A stretch of DNA of 33,173 nucleotides from Basidiobolus meristosporus CBS 931.73 (Eukaryota; Fungi; Basidiobolomycota). Each line of letters starts with the position of its first letter. Positions within the stretch are counted from its first letter, which is position 1. The stretch lies in the NCBI GenBank assembly GCA_002104905.1, contig MCFE01000823.1:1-33173 (forward strand), given 5' to 3'. Shown in pieces: positions 1 through 9,431 of the stretch. The notes under the pieces are model-generated. The model was given only the letters and a program-made list of their open reading frames with translations. It was not told the DNA's origin and searched no databases. Both the position numbers and the translations under genes were made by a program.

Positions 1-194
1 CAAAACACACCAACTCAAACAACAACCAGAACTACTGTTCCAAGCACTGCTGCTGTGGAGAATGCTTGCTACCTTTCCTGGACATAGGACCAGGAAGAAT
101 AGTGATTTCACAAAGCAAGTCAAGGCCGTATTTTGCACGTATGCTAACAGCAGGCTACACACAATGACCAGCCTCTCCTTAAGAGAATTGCTTA

Positions 195-464
195 CAAGCC
201 CAAGAACTGGTACTTGCTGTTGCACATGTGCTTACACAGTGCTGACAAAGCGTAAACTAGCCAAAGTGGTGCTCTACACCCCTTCTAAACGTAGGCCTCA
301 CCAAAGTCCGCAACAATTAGAGCAAATTGCGTCCAAGACAAGCCCAATGTAAGTGCTTGCTGTTGCACATGTGCAAACACAGTGCTGACAATTGTTAGAG
401 CAAAAGCGTCCAAGCTCAATAAAATGCGCTTGTTATTGCACATGTGCAAACACAGTGCTGACAA
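195..464. repeat. Degenerate direct repeats with a palindromic TGCACATGTGCA core, possibly transposon subterminal repeats
   Basis: Three copies of TGCACATGTGC(A)..ACACAGTGCTGACAA, with cores at 221, 364 and 437. Shared submotifs CAAGCCCAA and TAGAGCAAA..GCGTCCAAG. Confidence 0.75.
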
Positions 465-1278
465 ATAATTGTGTAGACCTCAGTGCTAGTCCACGTACTT
501 GAAAGTAGTATGCACACACCGCAAAGTACCCATCTCTCAGAGCTTTTGCTGGAAAGATTCTTGTAATCCATGTGGAAGGCCAAAGGGTAGATTTAGCACG
601 TAGTCACATAATCACGCAGTCACGTGACATGTTTCAGCAGGGGTAGGGATGCAATTTTATTGGCAATATGACAGCTAATTCAGTGCCGTAGTGCCATAAG
701 CATGAAATTAAACAAATGGCAAATCAGAAATGGAGCGCCAACTACACAGTAAAACCAATGCAGATGGTCTTGCAAAATTAGCTTCACATTGCAAAGCTTG
801 AGTACACCCTGCTAACGTGGGCATTACATCATGTACACTGATGGCAAATACAATGCAAATCTTCCCCCCCCCTCATTGCTGCTGAAATTATCTACTAAAG
901 AAATCAGGAAGAAAATACACTGCAGAATGCTAGAGGCAGGGTAGGGTTGTTGAAATACTGCTAACTAGTGTTTGTTTTCCCTCCGGAAGCCAAGAACATT
1001 GTATCAGATATAGCCAGGGGGGGTTATCCAGTCAAATGGTATGTATATACCAGTTTATTTGAGTTTGCATTAAATCCCCACCACTACTTCCACCTCCGCC
1101 TCCACCACCTGATTCCTTGGTGCACTCCTTGCCGGACCCATGTTCCTTGAAACGTTTCTTCCACTTTTTCTTGCTAATCTTGACAACCAATCCACCAACT
1201 GAGGTGCCAGAGTGTTGTTTTCTGTATCACCATAAGCAGCGCTTAATGTTTGCTTAGAACCATCCCCCAAAGTAGTCT

Positions 1279-1921
1279 AAGCATTTTATTACTGCGTGGC
1301 TGATGATTGATGACTCCCGCTAGACACAAGTAAACATAGCAAGTGGGTATCATTAAAACCTGTTGGGGAATGGTTACCGCGCGCTATAAAAGTATGTTAG
1401 GGACTCATGTAAAACTATTGTGATGAAAAATAAAAGCACTTTATTACTGCGCGGCTAATGATTGATGACTCCTGCTAGACACAAGTAAACATAGCAAGTG
1501 AGTATCATTAAAACCTGTTGGGGTACAGTTACCACGTACTATAAAAGTGTGTTAGGGACTCATGTAAAACTAGCATGATGAAGAATAAAAGCACTTTATT
1601 ACCGCGCGGCTTATAATTGATGACTCCCGCTAGACACAAGTAAACATAGCAAGTGAGTATCATTAAAACCTGTTGGGGTATGGTTATCACGCACTATAAA
1701 AGTGTGCTATGAATTCATGCAAAACTAGCATGATGAAAAATAAAAGCATTTCAGTACCACGTGGCTGATGATTGATGGCTCCCACTAGACACAAGTAAGC
1801 ATAGCCAGTGGGCATTCTTAAAACCTGTTGGGGTATGGTTACTGCGTACTTTGGAAGTGCGTTAGGAACTCATGAAAACTAGCATGATGAAAAATAAAAG
1901 CACTTTTGTACTGCATGGCTA
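1279..1921. repeat. Tandem array of a ~155-bp unit, 4 full copies plus a partial one
   Basis: Unit starts (AAGCA...) at 1279, 1434, 1589, 1744 and 1898. Each full unit contains CTAGACACAAGTAA.CATAGC and AAAACCTGTTGGG. Confidence 0.95.
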
Positions 1922-2437
1922 GGTTGTTACAATTCCCGCAGGATACATGTGCACATGGATCACATGTAGTAGTTGCAATGGTGTCAAATGAGGTTTCTAT
2001 TATAGCCATAAAATGTATTGAATTTGGGATACACTTTGAATTTAGTAAAAGCACTTGGGTTACAGAAAATTTGCAATGGCCATAAATTTTTTTATCATAT
2101 TAGGGCCACACAATTTATGGTGCCCAAAGCTTATTAAAATATGAGATTCTGGCCAGATTGGGATGATTCCCATAAGTTATTATTTATAGCATCAAAAGTA
2201 ACATTTTATTAAATAAAAAATCATCAAGATCTATACAGAGCATAGAGAATATGTAGGGAGACAAATATCAGCCTAGACATGCCCACTATTAGAGCAGACA
2301 ATGTGCCAGTTGTAGGGTAAGAATATTTATAGTTAGGGTGATAAGGGTTAGGAGGAGGAATTGTAACCCTAAGGGACCAGAACCAAGAATGAGAGAAAAG
2401 TAATCCAAAGGGAATTTAAAGAGTATGGGAGCAGTAT

Positions 2438-2506
2438 GGGGGATTGCATCCCCCACACCCCCTGCTTTTTTATTCTCTAGGGGACTGCGTCCCCCAGACC
2501 CCCTGC
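2438..2506. repeat. Two tandem GC-rich stem-loops with TGC triloop, each followed by A(C/G)ACCCCCTGC
   Basis: GGGGGAT-TGC-ATCCCCC at 2438-2454 and GGGGAC-TGC-GTCCCC at 2480-2494. Confidence 0.75.
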
Positions 2507-2514
2507 TCTTTTAA

Positions 2515-2676
2515 CCTTTTCCTAGCCCTTACTATAACACCTACACCCTAAGCACTAAGCTTGGCAAGTTTGCAGTATGGTGCATTACCTCCTTGGTGCC
2601 TCATTTGCCTGAATACCCCTACAGACATGCTATTCTTGGTGCTTTTGGGTTTATGCCTTATAAGATCAGACTTCTC
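2515..2676 (+). pseudogene. 5' part of an ORF interrupted by the copia element; resembles the post-RT region of a non-LTR retrotransposon ORF2
   Basis: Open frame ...KLGKFAVWCITSLVPHLPEYPYRHAILGAFGFMPYKIRLL, which continues in frame at 7369 after removing the copia and one TSD copy. The LINE assignment rests on motif resemblance only. Confidence 0.45.
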
Positions 2677-3025
2677 TGTTGTAAAATTCGTAATTTCCAC
2701 CTAAATATTCACCTAACTTAGTCACTTAGATCATTACCCTCAAATCCTAGAGAATACTGACCAAATTCCTTGTCGGGATTTACTTAGAATATTTTCACCA
2801 AAATGCCAGGTACCCAGAACATGAAAATTCTCAAAGTTGTCCAAACAGCCCCAAACTTTGCACACATGTTCTTGGGACCTTCCTTAACCTATTCTACGTG
2901 TTTGTAATGCCAAGACCAGGTAAAAGTATAAATACCACTTTTACATTCAATAAATCATTAAGTGAAAACCACATAATCTACTTGTTCTCCAAATCACTTC
3001 CAATATCTCCAAGACTCTTACAACA
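2677..3025 (+). repeat. Copia 5' LTR (349 bp)
   Basis: Direct repeat of 7013-7363. TATAAA at 2927-2932 and AATAAA at 2949-2954. Confidence 0.97.
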
Positions 3026-3037
3026 GGTTATGAGCCC
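3026..3037 (+). promoter_or_regulatory. Primer binding site complementary to the anticodon arm of initiator tRNA-Met (half-tRNA priming)
   Basis: GGTTATGAGCCC directly abuts the LTR CA and is the reverse complement of GGGCUCAUAACC. This PBS type is known from Drosophila copia and yeast Ty5. Confidence 0.85.
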
Positions 3038-6000
3038 CGAGCTGTCACTCTCTGCAATGTCTACTACTGCTATTACTGGAATTTTTCCCTCTGCTGAAAA
3101 GTTGGATGGATCTAACTACCAAGTGTGGAAGGTGAAGATGAAGATGCTGCTGCAAGAAAGAGGCCTTTGGGATATTGTCATGGGAGAAGAATGCCCTCCT
3201 AAAAACGTGGGAGAGGAAGCCTTAAAGTACCAGAAGAAAGAACAAAGTGCCTTTAACTGCATTTGCCTCAATGTCAAGGACAAATTGCTAATTCAATGCT
3301 CAAGAGCAAAAACGGCAAAGAATGCCTGGAAGGCATTAGAAGACACCTACCAGTCATGTTCAGCTGCCAAGAAAATGTATCTGAGAAGAAAATTCTTTAC
3401 TACAAAGATGCTGCCAGGAGAAGAAATGAAAAATCTAATTAACAGAATTACCCTGCTGGTAGATGAGATGGAATCTGTGGGCGTACCAACTACTGATGAG
3501 GATGTGATAGTTACCATCCTGAATAGCCTGACAGACGAGTTTCAGGGCCTTGTATCAGCCCTAGAGTCCAGAACTGAAGATTTGACCTTAAATTACGTAT
3601 ATGGAAGGCTCCTGGATGAAGAATTAAGAAAATCAAGCACCAATAAGAAGGAAGAAGAAAATGCTTTAATAAGCAATGATAACCAACAAAGGAGGTACCC
3701 AAGACCCTACAAAGGCAACAGCAACCTATTTTGCAACTACTGCAAAAGGAAAGGACACACATCAGACCGGTGTTTCAAAAAGAGAGATTATCAGCAAAAG
3801 AAGCCTGAATATGGAAATGCTGCAACAACCGAAGATAGACTATTCATATCTGCACTAAATATGACCACAAACAAGGATTCTCAGACGTGGTATATTGACT
3901 CTGGAGCTTCTCAACACTTTACACACCAAAAAGAACTTTTTACCCAATATCAAGAAATTCCAATTAAGAAGGTTTTCATGGGTGACGATAGAACACTTGA
4001 TGCAGTGGGAGAAGGAACTATCCAAGTAAACCTTAGAAGCAGCAAAGGAAGCCATACACTGACCTTTAAAGAAGTACTCTATGTACCAGAAATAGCCAAG
4101 AACCTACTCTCTGTAAGCAAGGCCACAGCAGAAGGACTCAGTTTCAGTTTTGACAATTCTGGATGCAGGATCACTGATCAAAATGGTGCTCATATTGCTT
4201 CGGGCATCACAGATCAGAATCTATACAAGTTGACTTATATTCCATCATATCTGGAAGCCAATATAAGTAACTTAAATGAAGAAACACCAATGCTTTGGCA
4301 CAGGAGATTTGGACACATCAATTTTGATTATTTGCGTAAAATGATCAAAGATCAGTTAATTTCTGGAGTGAAAATTGATCCCCCAGCTAATTTGGAGCAC
4401 TGTGAAGCCTGCATATATGGGAAACAAGCCAGACAACCGTTCAAGAGCTCTGGGTTAATCAAAACTAAGAAAAAATTAGATCTAATTCACTCAGATCTGT
4501 GTGGACCTATGCAAAATTTATCCTTAGGCGGGATGAAGTATTTAATCACTTTTATTGATGATTATACAAGATACACATGGGTCTACTTCATGGAGAGAAA
4601 GGAAGAAGCTCTGTCTAAGTTCAGGGAGTTTAAGGCCATGGTGGAGAGAGAAACTGGTGAAAAAATCAAGAAAATACGCTCTGACAATGGTGGAGAATAT
4701 ACCTCAAAACTCTTCATCCACTTCTGCAAAATTCATGGGATAAAGCAAGAGACTACTGTACCATACTCCCCACAGCAAAATGGAGTAGCAGAACGAGCTA
4801 ACAGATCAATAATTGATATGGCAAGATCTATGATCCATGATCAAAAATTATCCTATGATTTTTGGGCGGAATCAGTTGCCACTGCTGTATATCTTAAAAA
4901 TAGGAGTTATAACAGAATACTTCGTGATTCTACTCCATTTGAAGCATGGTATGGATACAGACCAAGTGCAGAACATCTAAGAATATTTGGGTGTACAGCA
5001 TATGCCAAAAAACTGGCCGGAAATCAGTCAAAATTTGAGCCAAAAAGTGTAAAATGCATATTTTTGGGCTACTGCAATGAGAGTAAGGCATACAGACTCT
5101 ACAATACCGAAGCAAAGAAGCTGATCAAGTCCAGGGATGTGTTGTTTGATGAAAATTCAAAATTTTCACAAAAAATGACATCAGATGATGACAAAAATTT
5201 GATCTCAAGTCCACCAATTGTCAGGATTGAATCAGAGCAAAACAATGAAAATTTTTACACTCCAGAGGACTCTACAACCGTGGTTCAGCCAGAATCAGTG
5301 CCCAGGAATATCCCAGAAGTGATCATTCCAGTATCAAATGCCCGGAGATCCAATCGGACAAGAAATAGCCCAAATTACTATATCAATGAGGGTACAAACT
5401 TAGCCTATGCCTATTCAGTCCATGTTGATGAACCCCAGACTGTAAAAGAGGCCCTAAATAGCCCTCAGACGAAGTTTTGGAGATCTGCAATGACTGAGGA
5501 ATATCAGGCACTGATGGAAAATCAAACTTGGGACTTAGTCAAATTACCAACCAACCGAAAATCAATTGGATGCAGATGGGTCTTCAAGACAAAATACAAG
5601 GCTGATGGTACAATTGAAAGATACAAAGCAAGACTTGTAGCCAAAGGATACTCTCAAACAAAAGGACTTGACTATACTGAGACCTTTGCACCGGTAGCCA
5701 AGTTTAATTCCATCAGATTAATATTGGCTATTGCAGCCAAATATAAGTTTTTTATTCATCAAATGGATGTAAAAACTGCATTTTTGAATGGAGAACTTGA
5801 TGAGGACGTGTATATGGACCAGCCTGATGGGTTTGTTGACCAAAATAACCCCCATTTGGTCTGCAAGCTTAAAAAGTCACTATATGGTCTCAAACAATCA
5901 CCGAGAGCCTGGAATTGCAAGATAGATTCTTATTTGGAATCTTTGAGTTTCAAAAGAAGTAATGCTGACTATAGTATATACTATAAGCCAGATAGAGCAA

Positions 6001-7001
6001 ATCCAGTTCTATTAGCTCTATATGTGGATGATCTTATTATAGCCGCCAATAACCTAGAAACATTGGAAGAGACTAAATCCAGCCTATCTAAGGAGTTCAA
6101 GATGTCCGATCTAGGAGAACTTAGTTACTACTTAGGGATTAAGTTCTCCATAGACAGAAGTACCCAGACTATTACCCTAAGCCAATCCAAGTATATTCAA
6201 GATATACTAAAGAAGTACAAAATGGAAGACTGTAAACCGGCAGCCACCCCAATGGAGACAAACCTTAACTTGGTCAAAACTCAACCAAATCAAGAGAGCT
6301 TGGTGCCATCTGAAAGCCCTGACTTTCCTTATCAATCTATGGTCGGCAGTCTGATGTATATCATGCTTGGAACACGTCCAGATATCTCATATTCAGTGGG
6401 AGTTGTCAGCCAACATAATCAGAATTATGGATCTGATCATATTGCAGCAGTTAAGCGGATTTTTAGATACCTAAAAGGAACTGCTGATATCTGCTTAAGA
6501 TACACTTATAAGGACTCAGAACAAGATCTTGTGGGATACTCTGATGCAGATTGGGGACGAAATTTAGAAGACAGAAGATCCACCACAGGATACACCTTTC
6601 TTTACTGTCAAGGAGCAATTTCATGGAATTCAAGAAAGCAACCAACCGTAGCACTTTCTACCACAGAGGCAGAGTATATGGCAGCCTGTGAAGCTACAAA
6701 AGAAGCAATGTGGCTAAGAAAGCTCTTTACAGATTTAGGCCTATGTCAAGAAACGCCTATTACTTTATTTCAAGATAATCAAGGATGTATACAATTAGGT
6801 AGAAATCCAACTTTTCATGCTAGAACCAAGCACATAGATATTAGACATCATTTCATACGTGAAGCTATAGAGAATAACTTAGTTAGCTTAGTTTACTGTC
6901 CTACAGATGAAATGATTGCAGACATATTTACCAAACCATTAGCTAGAGACAAGTTTGAATATCTTAGGTCAAAATTAGGACTAGTCAGTATGAACATTTA
7001 G
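3030..7001 (+). CDS. Copia Gag-Pol polyprotein (start at ATG 3030 or 3057)
   Basis: Gag KLDGSNYQVWKVKM; zinc knuckle CNYCKRKGHTSDRC; protease WYIDSGAS; integrase WHRRFGH..CEAC, HSDLCGP, SDNGGEY, QNGVAER; RT HQMDVKTAFL, LYGLKQ, YVDDL; RNase H SDADW, EAEY, RTKHID, ADIFTK. No stops. Confidence 0.96.
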   Translation: MSPELSLSAMSTTAITGIFPSAEKLDGSNYQVWKVKMKMLLQERGLWDIVMGEECPPKNVGEEALKYQKKEQSAFNCICLNVKDKLLIQCSRAKTAKNAWKALEDTYQSCSAAKKMYLRRKFFTTKMLPGEEMKNLINRITLLVDEMESVGVPTTDEDVIVTILNSLTDEFQGLVSALESRTEDLTLNYVYGRLLDEELRKSSTNKKEEENALISNDNQQRRYPRPYKGNSNLFCNYCKRKGHTSDRCFKKRDYQQKKPEYGNAATTEDRLFISALNMTTNKDSQTWYIDSGASQHFTHQKELFTQYQEIPIKKVFMGDDRTLDAVGEGTIQVNLRSSKGSHTLTFKEVLYVPEIAKNLLSVSKATAEGLSFSFDNSGCRITDQNGAHIASGITDQNLYKLTYIPSYLEANISNLNEETPMLWHRRFGHINFDYLRKMIKDQLISGVKIDPPANLEHCEACIYGKQARQPFKSSGLIKTKKKLDLIHSDLCGPMQNLSLGGMKYLITFIDDYTRYTWVYFMERKEEALSKFREFKAMVERETGEKIKKIRSDNGGEYTSKLFIHFCKIHGIKQETTVPYSPQQNGVAERANRSIIDMARSMIHDQKLSYDFWAESVATAVYLKNRSYNRILRDSTPFEAWYGYRPSAEHLRIFGCTAYAKKLAGNQSKFEPKSVKCIFLGYCNESKAYRLYNTEAKKLIKSRDVLFDENSKFSQKMTSDDDKNLISSPPIVRIESEQNNENFYTPEDSTTVVQPESVPRNIPEVIIPVSNARRSNRTRNSPNYYINEGTNLAYAYSVHVDEPQTVKEALNSPQTKFWRSAMTEEYQALMENQTWDLVKLPTNRKSIGCRWVFKTKYKADGTIERYKARLVAKGYSQTKGLDYTETFAPVAKFNSIRLILAIAAKYKFFIHQMDVKTAFLNGELDEDVYMDQPDGFVDQNNPHLVCKLKKSLYGLKQSPRAWNCKIDSYLESLSFKRSNADYSIYYKPDRANPVLLALYVDDLIIAANNLETLEETKSSLSKEFKMSDLGELSYYLGIKFSIDRSTQTITLSQSKYIQDILKKYKMEDCKPAATPMETNLNLVKTQPNQESLVPSESPDFPYQSMVGSLMYIMLGTRPDISYSVGVVSQHNQNYGSDHIAAVKRIFRYLKGTADICLRYTYKDSEQDLVGYSDADWGRNLEDRRSTTGYTFLYCQGAISWNSRKQPTVALSTTEAEYMAACEATKEAMWLRKLFTDLGLCQETPITLFQDNQGCIQLGRNPTFHARTKHIDIRHHFIREAIENNLVSLVYCPTDEMIADIFTKPLARDKFEYLRSKLGLVSMNI

Positions 7002-7003
7002 CT

Positions 7004-7012
7004 GAGTGGGAG
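7004..7012 (+). promoter_or_regulatory. Copia polypurine tract
   Basis: GAGTGGGAG immediately before the 3' LTR TG. Confidence 0.8.
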
Positions 7013-7363
7013 TGTTGTAAAATTCGTAATTTCCACCTAAATATTCACCTAACTTAGTCACTTAGATCATTCACCCTTCAAATCCTAGAGAATACTGACC
7101 AAATTCCTTGTCGGGATTTACTTAGAATATTTTCACCAAAATGCCAGGTACCCAGAACATGAAAATTCTCAAAGTTGTCCAAACAGCCCCAAACTTTGCA
7201 CACATGTTCTTGGGACCTTCCTTAACCTATTCTACGTGTTTGTAATGCCAAGACCAGGTAAAAGTATAAATACCACTTTTACATTCAATAAATCATTAAG
7301 TGAAAACCACATAATCTACTTGTTCTCCAAATCACTTCCAATATCTCCAAGACTCTTACAACA
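7013..7363 (+). repeat. Copia 3' LTR (351 bp)
   Basis: Identical to the 5' LTR by eye except two extra single bases (C 7072, T ~7077). Confidence 0.97.
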
Positions 7364-7368
7364 TTCTC

Positions 7369-7785
7369 TACCTTAGAACCAGATTATACCTCAGACTTCA
7401 CAACTGCAACAACCCACTGATTAAGGCCTGGAAGAGAACACATCATACTACACCTGGCTCCTGCTGGAGAACTATACTTGGAGATCCTGAAGTCAAGAAG
7501 TTTGCTCACTATATTCTGCAGTCAGAAAAACCCAAGCTGGCCTACCTGAAGTACTTGACACACCTTTGGCAGCAATATCTGCAGCAGCATACACCCTTTA
7601 TGATGAATATCAATCCTTATCACATCCCCCTCATTAATGTTGTTCACAAGTCATTCTTACCTCTCTTGCTACCCCCCTTCCCACTGAACAGTGTCTTGAG
7701 CACTGAAGAACTATCATCACTTCTTATTAACTTACCTACAAATTCCCCTCAGCTACACACTCTTGTATCAAAGCTACAACAGTAG
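7369..7785 (+). pseudogene. 3' part of the copia-interrupted LINE-like ORF
   Basis: YLRTRLYLRLHNCNNPLIKAWKR...LWQQYLQQH..., in frame with 2515-2676 and with track ORF 7555..7785. AATAAA follows at ~7809. Confidence 0.45.
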
Positions 7786-8147
7786 TGCTGGCTTCTTTGT
7801 TTCAACTGAAATAAAGATTTCACGTGTCAGTGACTGTCTCTCCCCCAAAACCTTTATTTTTTGTCCTTGTATTTTCCAACATGACTGATCTGTAAAAGCA
7901 ATTCATTGGGGAGAAATACCAATTCTTGTTTTCTTTCACTCCCTAATCTCCTATGAAGGAAGGTGCTCTCTGATCAAAACAGTGCCTTCCATTGCCCTCT
8001 GCCCACCAAATCCCTCATTTCCAATAGCTCTGGAGAATCCCATGGAATCAGATGCACACTTGTGCATGTTGGGAACAATGTTGGGCAAGTTGTTGCATTG
8101 CTACTAGTTAAGAACAAGATTGTATCCAATTATGGGATCATATGTGA

Positions 8148-8220
8148 GCCCAAATAGCTCAGTTGGTAGAGCATGAGACTTTTAATCTTAGGGTTGGGGG
8201 TTCAAGCCCCCCTTTGGGCA
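8148..8220 (+). tRNA. tRNA-Lys (anticodon TTT), 73 nt, intronless
   Basis: Acceptor stem GCCCAAA/TTTGGGC; D arm GCTC..GAGC with TGG; anticodon arm TGAGA-CTTTTAA-TCTTA; T arm GGGGG-TTCAAGC-CCCCC. T5 run at 8230-8234 as a Pol III terminator. Confidence 0.88.
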
Positions 8221-8758
8221 CATCTATACTTTTTAGCTGCTAAAGGTGCTTTTAAGTGGTGTACTTTACCAAGCTATGGGGATTCCAGAGAGACAGCCCC
8301 AGTTTGCCTTAACCCCCTGGTATGGTCTTTGCTACCTTATACTTGTTTGCTCATCCCAGAGAAGTGCCCTTTAGTGCTTTTTGGAGAGTTTTATGAGATG
8401 GCTGTACTTGGGTAAGGTAAATAGAACACCTCAAATGGGAATTTGACCAAAGTTTTGTATGCTTTGGTATTTTACCCCTGAATATTTGTGTAATGTTCTA
8501 TCTGTTCTCACATTAGGCAATTTTGTTATGGAATATTAAAGGAATTGTATGTACATGTACTTGCATTAATAGTATAGCAGTAGAATTACTGCCTTCCAAG
8601 CAGTTGGCCTGAGTTTGACTCCCAGTTAATGCATTTTGTCTCCCAGCTGTTTAAATGTTTTCTACTATGACTCATTAGTGACCAATGTTTGGATGATGGC
8701 AAAGTGGAGGATACCACTTTTTCTTGTTGCAGCAGTCCCCATGGGTTGTAGGCTTGGC

Positions 8759-8892
8759 AGGATTTGAAGGTAATGATCTAAGTGACTAAGTTAGGTGAAT
8801 ATTTGGGTGGAATTACGGATTTTACAATAGAAAAATCATATAATCTACTTGTTGTCCTAAACACCTCCAATATCTCCAAAACTCTTACAACA
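8759..8892. mobile_element. Rearranged LTR fragments of the same copia family: inverted LTR left end joined to a forward LTR right end
   Basis: 8759-8829 is the reverse complement of the first ~85 nt of the copia LTR. 8830-8892 matches the LTR 3' end and ends in CTCTTACAACA. Confidence 0.85.
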
Positions 8893-9431
8893 ATAACACC
8901 TGCATCAAAAGTAAATGCATGTGCAGATATTTTTAATGGGTTTCAGGATATATATTAGTGACAGATTGAGAATTATGCTGGATACCATTGGAGTACCATG
9001 TGTATCTCACAGGCTACAAGCAATATGCAAGTTTGAGTTACAAGTGGCTAAAAATATCATCATGAACCTGTAGATGCTAAAATACTAGAAAAAAGTAGCC
9101 AGTAATCTTGGGAAGCCAAAGATTATTAGGAATTGAGGATAAAGGCATCTACGGATTGGTTTACTAACATGAAATAGTATAAGAAAGAGAATTCACCAAT
9201 ACATGCAACTTTAGCTCAAGTAGTTGGGAACAGTTGGAAACATCAAACACCCCCCCCCCCAGGATTTTATATCACTCTGAGTCTATAAAACGCTTAGTTG
9301 GTAAATCAAGCTGGAGTAAGGTCAGAAAAGCAGATTACGCCATAATGGCATTTTATTGAAGTGGACTGGCAATAATATCATTCTCTATAATAGAATATAG
9401 ACATGTATGTACCAAAACGGTTTTAATCGTT

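Larger units (their letters stand above)
2677..7363 (+). mobile_element. Full-length, apparently intact Ty1/copia LTR retrotransposon
   Basis: LTRs at 2677-3025 and 7013-7363 with TGTTGTAA...TTACAACA ends. 5-bp TSD TTCTC at 2672-2676 and 7364-7368. PBS, PPT and one uninterrupted gag-pol ORF in PR-IN-RT-RH order. Confidence 0.98.

Noticed and set aside
619-628. GTCACGTGAC as a point-centromere CDEI element
   Set aside because: No AT-rich CDEII or CDEIII follows, and the motif is a common bHLH site.
960-1275. Minus-strand frame with a Lys-rich and Gly-rich stretch (KKKWKKRFKEHGSGKECTKESGGGGGGSSGG)
   Set aside because: It is interrupted by stops, low in complexity and unassignable; probably a TE remnant.
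195-1921. CRISPR-like interpretation of the repeat arrays
   Set aside because: The sequence is eukaryotic, the units are degenerate along their full length without unique spacers, and there are no cas genes.
2898-3029. N-terminal extension of the copia ORF from GTG 2898
   Set aside because: It lies in the LTR, starts upstream of the TATA box and uses a non-ATG codon. ATG 3030 or 3057 is more plausible.
8900-9260. Possible hAT-like transposase remnant and a poly-C run at ~9250
   Set aside because: The resemblance is too faint to support, and the homopolymer is uninformative.
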